64,000 nucleotides of DNA, from NCBI RefSeq assembly GCF_009834535.1, contig NC_045697.1, positions 112,842,001 to 112,906,000 of the forward strand, read 5' to 3'. Positions 53,621 through 64,000 of the stretch are shown here, in pieces. The translations under genes were made by a program, and so were the position numbers. The stretch is from Camelus ferus (lineage: Eukaryota). Below the pieces are notes generated by a model. That model was not told where the DNA came from, searched no databases, and was given only the letters and a program-made list of their open reading frames with translations. How positions within the stretch are numbered: the stretch's first letter is position 1; each line of letters starts with the position of its first letter.

Positions 53621-54499
53621 GTCTAACCGCCATTTCTCAAAGTGGATGCTAGACACACTGTCTAAACATGGTAATCACTCAGTCAGGAAGTTCCTTGGGT
53701 CCCTGCAGTCCTGAGCCAGGTAACCCAGTCTGCTCAAGGACTGCCTCTGTATACCCTTGCCTTCTGAAAATATTATTGCTATTATACATAAATCAACACA
53801 TGAAAAATGTTGGGAAGCACCAATTTAAGATCAGACAAAAAAGGTGTGGGGTACACAGGCATTCCATTATAATGGCCTCTATACTATTTTGTATACCTAA
53901 AATATTTTATAATTAAAAATGAGAGAGTCTAAAGGGTCCTTGAGTAGGTTTTATAATCTCTGATCTACTTCAAAAGGCAGGAATTCAACATTTCACACAA
54001 AATTCATCAGCTTCTAATTTTTCTTTTTTTCCCATCTTGGTGGTTTTCTGGGGTTTTTCTGATTTTTTGTTGTTTTGTTGTTGTTGTTTTTAGGATTCTC
54101 TTTAGTGACTGCATTCCTATATTTCAGCTCTTTCTTGAACATGTTCTGGTCAGGGCTTCTACCATAGCCTTGCTCTTGTCAAGGGCAACGATGATTTCCA
54201 CATTGCAAATCACCAGTTTTCAGTGTTTATCTTACAGTCTTCTTAGGACATCCAGCACAGTGGATCTCTCTGTCCTCAAACAGCCTTCCCCTTCCACTTG
54301 ATTTCTAAGCCCCCTCTCAGCAGACTTTCCTCCCACCCAAGTGGTCACCATTTCTGTGTCTCTTCTAGTGGTTCCTCTTCATCTTTCTGAACTCAGCATC
54401 AGAGGGCCCCAGGATTTTACCCTTACCTCTCACCTCCATCACCTCCACCTATAATCAATTCCTAGGTCACCATATTCATTCCATAGTTTTTTTTTTTTT

Positions 54500-55620
54500 C
54501 TTTTTAAGAAAATCAAACAGAAATTTGTGAACATATATACCTCATGTGTGTATGGGAGATCCCAAGGAAAAATGAGTAACTCAAAACAGTGGCTTAGAGC
54601 TCTGGCTTAAATATCATCTTTAGCTAAAGACAAAAGGAAAAAAATGGCTGTGGAGGAGGCCAGTTATGGGGAGGTTGCCAGACAAAGCACAGTAAACAAG
54701 AGTAAGATCTGTAACATAGATTGAAGTGGGTGCCTTCTCCATTGATAAAAGTACAAAGTTGCATCTGGGATGAACCTTTGTCCCTCACTGGAGGGAAGGT
54801 TTACAGGTTTATGAGCTGCTTTTAGTCAAGTAGGGGGAGGGCACAGAGCTCCTCTTGTATATCCACTTCTGCTCAGTTGCCTTCAGCTCAAAATAATTGT
54901 TATGCTGAAGTGGCATATTTGGGGGTGGCATATTCTGCTGCCTTTCAGTTCCTGCCTTTGAAACTTCCCTGAGAAGCTTCCTAGTCCAGAAGTTGAGTTG
55001 GTGGATTGCTCCATATCTCACCGAACCAGCCTCTTAGTTCTGAAAATAGGTCAGTTCAGTGAAGCATTTGCATCTCATTTCAGGAGGTGATGGTGAACAT
55101 GGGCTCTTATCAAAGTTAGGCCTGTAAGCTACTAGAAATCAGATATTTAACAAGAGTTAATTCCAAGGAGACAAAACCAACTTTACAATTAGAAAGATTG
55201 GAAACCAGTTTCTGAGTCTGGAGGACGACCTGTCAAGAAGATTTTATGATGTTGGGCTAAAAGCAGCTTTTGCAGTTTGAATCTCTCTGGTGATGCCATT
55301 GGGTTGTTCAGGACACCCTCTGAATGTACTACACAGAGGCAGATACAATGGTTGTCCGTACATGAACTGTTGTGATGGTTTGTCTGGAGTTGGTATAAAG
55401 TTGTCCAGCTTCTGCCATTCAAGGCTTTGGGAAAAGAGCAGTTTTTGTTCACAATGGCTTCAAGTCGGAAGAGTGGGAGGAAAGTGGAAGCATAAGCTTG
55501 TACAGTCATAGACAGATATTGGAGGAGATGAGAATTCAAGATCCAGACCAGTTTACAGGTCAGTAACAAAACCTCAAAGACAGTGAATAGGACTAGAATC
55601 TGGTCCATAAGGATGCACTA
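54500..55620 (-). mobile_element. MER34-like ERV1 LTR (54500-54947) plus adjacent internal 3' region
   Basis: Minus strand tgaaaggcagcagaatatgccacccccaaatatgccacttcagcataacaattattttgagctgaaggcaa matches the recalled MER34-type LTR start. Confidence 0.65.
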
Positions 55621-56459
55621 TAAAGGTGATTTACTCATCAAAGGCAAACACATCCCCTTCCAGGTCCCAGGGTGGGTAGAACTATCCCCAGACAGTGGCT
55701 GGGAAGGGCTGCATCTGTGTTACAGGGCTACACACATGTCAGTGTGTTGAAGGAACAGAGAGGAAGAGGGTGTGGCTGGACCAGAGTGAATAATGGGAAC
55801 ATTGTGGGAGATGGCATCACAAAAAGGTGCCTCATGTGTGACTTGTTCAGCCATGGGAAAGAGTTGGAATGTTATTCTGAATACATTAGGAAGACATAGA
55901 GGTGTTTTAATTAGGGGAGATGATGTGAGTTTGGTGTGGAAAAGGGCTGTGGTCGGAGGAAGTTCAGGAGTTTATGGGAGCAGCTGAGAGGCATCTAAAA
56001 AAGTCCAAGGGAATCAGAGAAGGCTTCCTAGAGAGTAATCCTGAGATTACAAGTAGTTCAGAAAGAGTAAATCAGACAGTGTAGGGAGGGAGGGAGGAGG
56101 CTGTGAAGATACCCAGGGGCCAGGTTATAAAGCCAGCTTAGCCACGATGAAGAGGCATGACTTTCTCTAGCCTAAAAAGTGGAGCATCACTGAAAGAAGA
56201 GCCAGTTAGGAGACCACTGATGGCATTGGACCAAGAAATAAGGCCTTGAACTAAGTTTTTAAAAAAAAGGGACTGGAGAAATGTGAATAGACTGAGATAG
56301 GAGGAGGAAAAGGCAGTAGAACTCGATGATTGCTTGGATGTGGAAGGCTGTGTGAAGAGAAAGGACTTAAAGATGAGACCTAAAATTTCTGTTGAAGATG
56401 CTATTGCAGACCCTGACCACTCACCTTTGCGTTTTTTTAGACTGCCACTAAAATAAAAC

Positions 56460-57212
56460 TTTTTAAATTTTAAAATATTTTAAATTTTTTTTATTGAAGT
56501 GTAGCTGATTTACAATGTTAGTTTCAGGTGTACAGCAAAGTGATTGTTATACACATAAATATACATATATATTTTTGCATTTCAGATTATTTTCCATTAT
56601 ATGTTATTACAAGAAATTGAATATAGTTCCCTGTGCTATAAATGGAACAATATTCCCTGGAATTTAGATGGAACATGTCACCTCTTTTTGCTTCAGTGTC
56701 TCTTATATAAAGTAGGACTATTGGAGCATCCATTTCATGTGGTTGTTATAAAGATCAAATTAATATTTTTAAACTCCTGACATGTAATAAGCACAACATA
56801 AGGTCCTTGTTGTTTATCTATTTTATATATAGTAATGTGTGTCTGTTAATCCTCAACCCCTAACTTATCCCTCCCTGCCCTTTCCCCTTTGGTAACCATA
56901 GTTTGTTTTCTATGTCCATGAGTCTGTTTTTGGTTTGTAAATAGAATTTGTATCACTTTTTTTAGATTCCACATATAAGTGATATCATATGATATTTGTC
57001 TTTCTCTGTCTGCCTTACTTCACTCAATATGATAATTTCTAGGTCTATCCATGTTGCTGCAAATGGCATTATTTCATTTTTTATGGCTGAATAATATTCC
57101 AGTATATATATACACCACATCTTACATGCACCCCAATGTTCATAGCAGCACTGTTTACAATAGCCAAGACATTGAAACAACCTAAATGTCTATCAACAGA
57201 TAGCTGGATAAA
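56460..57212 (-). mobile_element. Complex L1 insertion: antisense 3' end, internal non-L1 insert and inverted 5' segment
   Basis: Antisense L1 56460-56640 and 56801-57123; sense L1 57124-57212; insert 56641-56800. Confidence 0.85.
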
Positions 57213-57689
57213 GCTAAGGGAATTTTTTTAAAGCATAAAACAGTTAAAAATAGGAAAGAACATTAAAAACTTGAGGTGTTTGAAAAGCAGATAGAGCTGT
57301 GGAAATTGAAGAAGCAGAGTTAAGAAAGCTAAGTTTGCGGAGGGAAAAGCTCAGAAACCACTCCATTTCCAGCAAGGAATTCCCAAAAGGCCATCCTTTG
57401 GAGGTGGGGATGAAGGGGGGTGTGAAATGTCTAAGACTGGTTGAAAGACTGTTTTAGAAGCAGTTAAGCCTTCAGATCATATTGCATTTGAATGGACTGA
57501 GAGAAAATTCAACAAGCATGTAGAGTACACTGAGAGGAAATTTTATAGGTACATGAACTAACAAACAGAAATTCACAACAGAGCAATTAACTCCAAGGAA
57601 CCAGCCCCATCTGGTTCCCAGTGGCACCAAAAACCAGCCATTCATTCATTTATCCATTTACTCAACAAATATGTACTGACGCCATTTAA

Positions 57690-57905
57690 GGTGGTGATTA
57701 AATTATCGACTCTGGAACAAGAGTTCCTGGGTTCAAATCCCAGCTCTGATGCTGGGTGGCTTTGGATGGAATTGTCACCTCTCTTTGCTTTAGTGTCTCT
57801 TTTATAAAATAGGACCCCCGAAGCATCCGTTTCATGTGGTTGTTATAGAGATCAAATTAATATTTTTAAACTCCTGGCATTTAATAAGCATGACATAAGT
57901 ATTTG
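57690..57905 (+). mobile_element. MIR SINE, the source of the duplicated segment
   Basis: cctgggttcaaatcccagctctg...tcacctctctttgctttagtgtctc...ggttgttatagagatcaaat. Confidence 0.8.
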
Positions 57906-58958
57906 CTTCTCTTTCTATGACTTCAACATGCCCAATTGTCCTGGGCTCTGGGATTACAGTTGAGAAAAAATATAGTCTCACGGATGTTCTAGACCAGAAG
58001 ACAAATGAACACAGGAATTAATCTCAGAGTGAGAAGTGCTGCGGGGAGAAGGGATTACCCGTTGTGAAACTGCTCACTTCACGTCTGTTTTCAGATTGAG
58101 TAAATGAGTAAGCGAATGAAAAGATTTTAATTGGCATTGTGTTACAGCTCTGTGGAATTCAATTTCCATCAACACGTTTAAGGCAGAAGGGAACTCACAC
58201 AGCAGGTCAGCTTCCCACCTGATTTAATGTAAGCTTTATAGCACATACAATGTGGGAATGTTAGCCCTCTTTTATAGACAAAAGAAACAAGATCCAGTGA
58301 AATTCAGGTACTTTCAAGGGGTTTTGGAGGCACTGGATGAGTGAGTTGGTGAGCAGAAATTCAAACACAAGCTTGTCTGACCTCAGAGCCTTTGCCAGAG
58401 AGTCTCCTAATTTCTGGATACTGTTATCTTTTCCGTTGTATAAATATTTTTTCTAACATTAGACTCAGAAGTTGGCTTTGTTTTCCCTTTTTTATCCTTT
58501 TGTATTCATTTCTTAGTTTAACAGATACGCTTTAGAGATTTAAATGCTTGATTATGTGTAGGTATTTCAGAGATTGCAACACAACTTTTTTCAACCCAGC
58601 TTCATGCTTCTCAGTGACCTCAAAAAATAGAATCCAGGATATTTGTAAAAATCACATGCCATGGCCTTTATAGGCTCGCCTACGCTCACTCGTTCTTTTC
58701 GCTCCAACATGCGAACTTTAATCCCTCCCCAGGCCTTGTCAGCAATCATGTCTTTCATCCCAAAGATCCACCAAGAACTGTTCATTTCTTTTCTTTATTA
58801 AAAGCCTCCCGGCTGTGGGCTTCCTGGACAGACATCCTTGTAAAGGTGAATTGAAGTGTATTCTTTGGTCTCGTCATCTCAAGTGAATTGTACGTGCTCA
58901 TCTGTTCATTTTGCCTTTATTGTCACAGAGATATTCTCTATTTTCTGGAGATGGAGAG

Positions 58959-59528
58959 TGTTGCCGAAAAACTGGCCTCTGTACCCCGATAGCTGAATTA
59001 AAACTTGGAGGCAGAGTTTTGGGGAAAATTAGAAAAGAACAGCTTTACTGCTTTGCCAGGCAAAGAGGAGTCACAGTGGCTAATGCCTTAGAGGCTGTGA
59101 ATCCCTCTTGGGGTTGGGGTGCTGAGGTTTTATGGAAAAGCAGGGTGGAACAGAAAGGCAATAACAAACCAGGCATTTTTCCAGGGTGCTGTGTTCTTCC
59201 TAATCTTAATGAGTCCACCTGGCATCATGGAGAAAGCCTGGAGGGTCTGTTCATTCTTCTGAGGCTGTCAGCCCATGACCACCTTCCCGGAGCACAGCTG
59301 CTAGGTTAAAGGACAAGCTATTCTGGGTGAAGAATGTCTCGGAAGTGGAGGGTTTCATGGAAAGGTTGGGGGCTGTTTAGCACGAAAGCAGTTGATCAAG
59401 TGAAGCAGAGATGGGGGTTTGCCAGAGAAAAGAGAAAAACAAGTTGCAAGAATTTTAGGTCAGAATGAGTCAGCAAACAGCTTTAGCATCAGGGAAGCCG
59501 CTGTGTTAGTTAGCTTCCTACTCTTTCC
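58959..59528 (-). mobile_element. ERV1-class solo LTR, family not assigned
   Basis: Starts tgttgccgaaaa; agctttactgctttgccaggcaaag; possible 4-bp TSD agag. Confidence 0.55.
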
Positions 59529-60709
59529 AGAGTATAGCCATTAAGCAACTGTATCACGACACAGTGACACACCCAGATATAAACAAGGAGGGACTTCACA
59601 GAGGATCATAAGGGGTGTTTCAGCTAGCTGAGTTTGGGGAAAAATGCTGTGTTTCTGGTTTTGGTTTAGGTTCTTTTTTGTTTTGTATTGTTTCGGGTTG
59701 GTTTGGTTTGGTTTGGTTTGGTTTTTTTTAGCATCATGTACTTTAAGACGGACATCAGGCTAAATGCTGATGAATTGCTTCTGAGGCTCTTGTGTTGAGA
59801 GAGATGTAACCCCAGATACTGGAGAGTGGCCAGAACTGGCTTTTCTGTTGCAGAAGCTATTTAAGTCCTAACAACAACAACAACAACAACAACAAACAAC
59901 TATTTAAAATGTCACCAGATCAGTCCCTCTGACTAAGAGATTTGGAAACAAACAATGAAACCCATTTATTGTCATCAGCTGTTTTCCCCAATACCCTTTT
60001 CTTTGGGGCAGTATCTTTTGATTCATAACTCTCTGCCTATACATTTCCCTTCCATTGTTGCATGAGGCATTCCTGGGGGTTCAAAGGAAATTAAGCTTAG
60101 AGTAGTTAAATTCCAAAAACACTCCAGGAAAGCGTTCTTTCTGTGTGATGGAAGTCAATATGAGGGTGCCAGTAGCCTATTTCAGTGCAGAGAATCCATT
60201 CGTCGTAATGGAATATCCAGTCTAACGGGGCATATTGTGCTCAAAGAAAAACTCGTTCTCTGGAATGTGCTGAACCCGGTACGTAATTTACCAGAAATGA
60301 CGTTAAGTTCAGCATATTTTAGAAGAATGAATCACATGTGGCTTGGATCTTGTACTCTGCATTCAACTTCAATAGCACTGTTTGCTTTCCAGAACCATGA
60401 TGATTTGAGAAAAGCCAAAAATACTGTCACATTGGGGGAAAATAAAAGCTGTAGTGAGCTTCCTGTGCTATTTATTACGTTTCTTTGCCAAAGGTGGTAT
60501 CTGTAGCAATGCTTCAGACCATAACGGGGGAGGAGGGAAAGAGGCGGTTTTGTTCCAAGTGTATTTGCTTGTGTAGTGGGGGCAAAATTTGCCGTACCAA
60601 ATTGTATCTCTCTGGCATGCAGATTATTTTAGACTAATTATTTTTTTTAAATGACATTGAAGGTGACCATGTGAGCTTTTCCCCATTATTTTTCACCTTT
60701 ACTATAGCT

Positions 60710-60930
60710 CAGGGTTCAGGAAACTGTTTCTATAAAGGGCCAGATAGTAAATATTTTCAACTTTGCAGGCCACATAGTGTGTCACAACTACTTAAGTCTG
60801 CCAGGTGGTGTAAAAGCAGCCACAGACAATATGTCTTTGAATGAGCATGTTTATTTTCCAATAAAATGTTATTTACAAAAACAAGCAGCAGGATGGATTT
60901 AGCCCATGAGCCATAGCTTGCTGATGCCTG
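60710..60930 (+). mobile_element. MER58A hAT-Charlie transposon
   Basis: caggg...aaagggccagatagtaaatattt...aaagcagccacagacaata...tatttacaaaaaca...gccatagcttgctgatgcctg. Confidence 0.85.
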
Positions 60931-61959
60931 TTACAAACTATAGAATGACTAAGTGAATGAAATCATCATGACTAACTAGAAGAGATGCAAAAATGACTAG
61001 CCTCGTTTCATGCACTAAACTTCAAAACTTTGGATGCAGGAGATATGCCTTCAAATTACTGACTCACCAACTTTCATGATACAAATAAACTGATAGATGT
61101 ATTATTCTTAGGCAGTATTCTACACAATGGGTGATATATTCAATCTCTAAATATTGGTCTCATTAATTAACAATCAAGCCTAATATCTAGAAACTAAGAT
61201 CTATATGAACATAAATATTTACTTAGTCTTGATTTCATATATTTTGACCCAGAAAAACACATTTTCTTTAACGGGAGTTTGGAAATATTTTTATTAACTG
61301 AATGAGTTTTTTTTTTTTTTTAATGAGTCCTTAATGTAAAGGAGAAAATCCTAGGTTTTATTTAATGTTAAAAGAAGAACATTATTAGGTGATAACTCTT
61401 CCTTGTAGATCAAAACGTATCAACCAAGCTCCCAAATTTGCTTCCTTGTTTGTGGAGAACATACAGTGGAAGGACATTTCTGAGAAAACAATATGTTATG
61501 TAAAATGGTTAAAAGAGTAAAAAACATGATATGGAAGAGCATATAGAAATACTGGCTTTACCTAAATGTCATAAATTTTGTAATTAAAAAAAAGTTTTGA
61601 AGAAACACAGATAGTATCACTTATAAAACACCATATAGTATATAGTAAGAGCACATTTGAACTTGAAGAAGGCACAAAAGGAACATTGTGCAGCAACATT
61701 GTCATTTCCTCGCTCACATTCTCTCTTTATCAGTCCTGTCTCCATCCCAGCCTACTTAGAAAAAATATGTATCATTTTCTTCCACGTGTTTCCCCTCTGG
61801 CCATTTTCTTTCTGTTATAACAAAATGACAACAAAACATAAACTAAAAGCTAATTTTGAAAAACCAAAAAGTTGTTCCCCCCACCCCCTAAAAAAGAAAG
61901 CGTGTCTAAAGAAATGGAAATCATTGAAATCACTGCTAAGTATTCAGAACCGGCCCTCA

Positions 61960-62391
61960 GGTGCTAGTCATGGTTCTGCAAAGAAACAAAACCAAGAAAA
62001 TGGGCTCATGAGATTACAGAGGCTGAACAGTCTGCCTCATCAAGCTGGAGACCCAGGAGACTGGTGTGATTCCAGTCCAAGTGGGAAGCTGAGAACCTGG
62101 GGGGCTGAGGGGTCAATCCCAGTCCATGGTCAGGAGAGGACCAACATCCCAGGTCAACAGACAGGAAGCCAATAGTGGCCCATTCCTCCTTCCTCCACCT
62201 TTTAGTTCTCTGCAGGCCCCCAACCCATTGGATAGCGGCCACCCCCATTGGGGAAAGCAGGCTACTTTACTAAACCCACAGATTCAAATGCTCATCTCGC
62301 CAGGAAACACACTCACAGAAACATCCAGAGATGATGTTAAATGTGGGTATCCCTTAGCCCAGGTGAATTGACACACACAATTAACCATCAC
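61960..62391 (-). mobile_element. MLT2-like ERVL LTR
   Basis: caagctggagacccagga...gattcaaatgctcatctc...cactcacagaaacatccaga...ttgacacacacaattaaccatcac. Confidence 0.8.
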
Positions 62392-63874
62392 CTTATGGAG
62401 TTACAAAAAAAGGATCTGTAGCAATTTTCCCCTTTACTTGATTATTTCAAAATCAGTATCTGAGACTTAATTATTCACTTAAACATACTTCTTCATTCCT
62501 GTGCCCTGATTCCCCCATTTTTAGCAACAAACCATCTTTTAGAAGAACAAAATATAGAAGTAAGTTATTTCAATTAATATTTCAATTCATGTTTAACTCA
62601 CATTAAAGATATATTTTTTTCTTATTGTTCAACTAAGACTTTTCAGTTCATTGGCTAACAATGGTGTTAAATAAATCTGTACATGGTAGTCAAATAATTC
62701 TTGTGTCACTACAGAGACAGGTGTTTTCAGGACGATTATTTTGACAAACTCACGGAAACATAACACCTAACGCTCCACTGGCAGATCTGGAGTTCTGGCG
62801 GAGCAAGCCAGAGAGATAAACAGTATATCCCGTGAACTTCCACGAATCACCATCCATTTACTTCAGAGCATAGGATTCAGGCCAGTTGTAACAACAGCTA
62901 TGGAAGCAATGCTGTAAAGAGATCTGGCAAACCTATCTCTTTAGTCAAAATATTGGCATGCCGTCAGCTCAGCTAGAAGGCAAGGCAGTGGTTTTCAAAC
63001 CCAATGATAATGTCTCATCCGGAACGGAAGTGACTCTTAAGCACACATTTAAAAGCAAACAGAGACAGCAGTACACTTTGGTGGGAAAATAAATCTAGGT
63101 GACCCAGGACTCCAGGAAAGTTTAACACTGACTCTTAAGAGGCCAGGGAGACTTTAAGCAATTCAATATTAGTAAAAGAGAGCCAGCTTTTTATTATCTT
63201 TATTTTTAAAAAAAGAAAAAAGAACAATGACTTTGTCTATTTTTCTTTCCTGAAGGACACTAGAAACCTAAAGCCAACTCTCGAAACTGCCCTCCAGAGA
63301 AAGGCCAAACTGAGCACAGCTGTTAGCACTTCCATACACTCATTATGAGGACCTACCTGTGCACTTAAGCTCAACGTCGTTGAGTAATTAATCCACATAC
63401 GAAGTCAGACTGCTAACTCTTTGTGATCTGATCTGTGATCACACCAGAAGTTTGGCCTGGATAACACAACCACTGGGAAACAGGCGGGGTTAGTGTTGAG
63501 GGATCAGGGGAGAAGAGGGAGATTCCCATAAGAATAGGGACACAGTGTCTCCATTGGTGACCTTCATTCAGCAGCTTCTGGGCAGTTGTACACAGTGCTG
63601 ATCAAGCCAAAGACATTAGGAAAGTGGGGTAATACTTAATTCCAGCATAGATAAAACAGCTTGGTTCTTGGTCCCACAAATCTCCAACATTAGTCTGGAG
63701 AGGAGGAACTGAACAATAAGAGAAAAGAAGAAAATAAATGGAAATCAAAGTGAGAGGGAGAGGGACCACCCTAAGAGTTGCTTTTTGGGATTCTTTGGGT
63801 TCCTAAATGTCCATTGAGTTGATATTTCTCAACAAAACTTTCACTTGAATAAAATTTGAATAAATTAGAATTAA

Positions 63875-64000
63875 ATTTTGCATGTACATAGGAGTCCTCA
63901 CAGGAAAATTAAGTCCCAAAGAAGTGGCCAGGCCTTAGTGCTCATATACCAGACCGAACAAAGATACACAATTGTAGAAAATTAACTAAAATACATGAGG
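63875..64000 (-). mobile_element. ERV1-class LTR fragment running off the window end
   Basis: catgtacataggagtcctcacaggaaaattaagtcccaaagaagtggcca. Confidence 0.45.

Noticed and set aside
61657..62175. 172-aa + strand ORF
   Set aside because: Non-ATG start, runs into an MLT2 LTR, and resembles no protein I recognise.

Overview
Mammalian genomic DNA, most likely a camelid (alpaca/llama/camel), judged from tRNA-Ala-derived SINEs resembling the camelid Vic-1 family. The window is almost entirely intronic. The only host exon I recognise is a 51-nt phase-0/phase-0 coding exon of MARCHF1 on the + strand (6197-6247, NDKSPGRSASRSSNISK); the flanking exons were not seen and appear to lie outside the window. 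The rest is a nested mosaic of L1, L2, MIR, ERVL/MaLR/ERV1 LTRs and hAT DNA transposons, with a few repeat-free stretches that look regulatory. No prokaryotic genes, CRISPR arrays or intact novel ORFs were found. Main observations: (1) an ERVL/LTR16-derived CpG island (about 16620-17200) followed by ATG-GGG-TCA-TCA-GAC-GCT-GGT-GGT-CAG|GTAAGA, a candidate alternative first exon in frame with the downstream MARCHF1 exons; (2) two L1 insertions that each carry an internal copy of nearby genomic DNA; (3) three 5'-inverted L1 insertions; (4) a tiny TSD-flanked retrocopy of an mRNA 3' end. Repeat family names come from my recall of consensus sequences, repeat boundaries are approximate, and counts are by hand.
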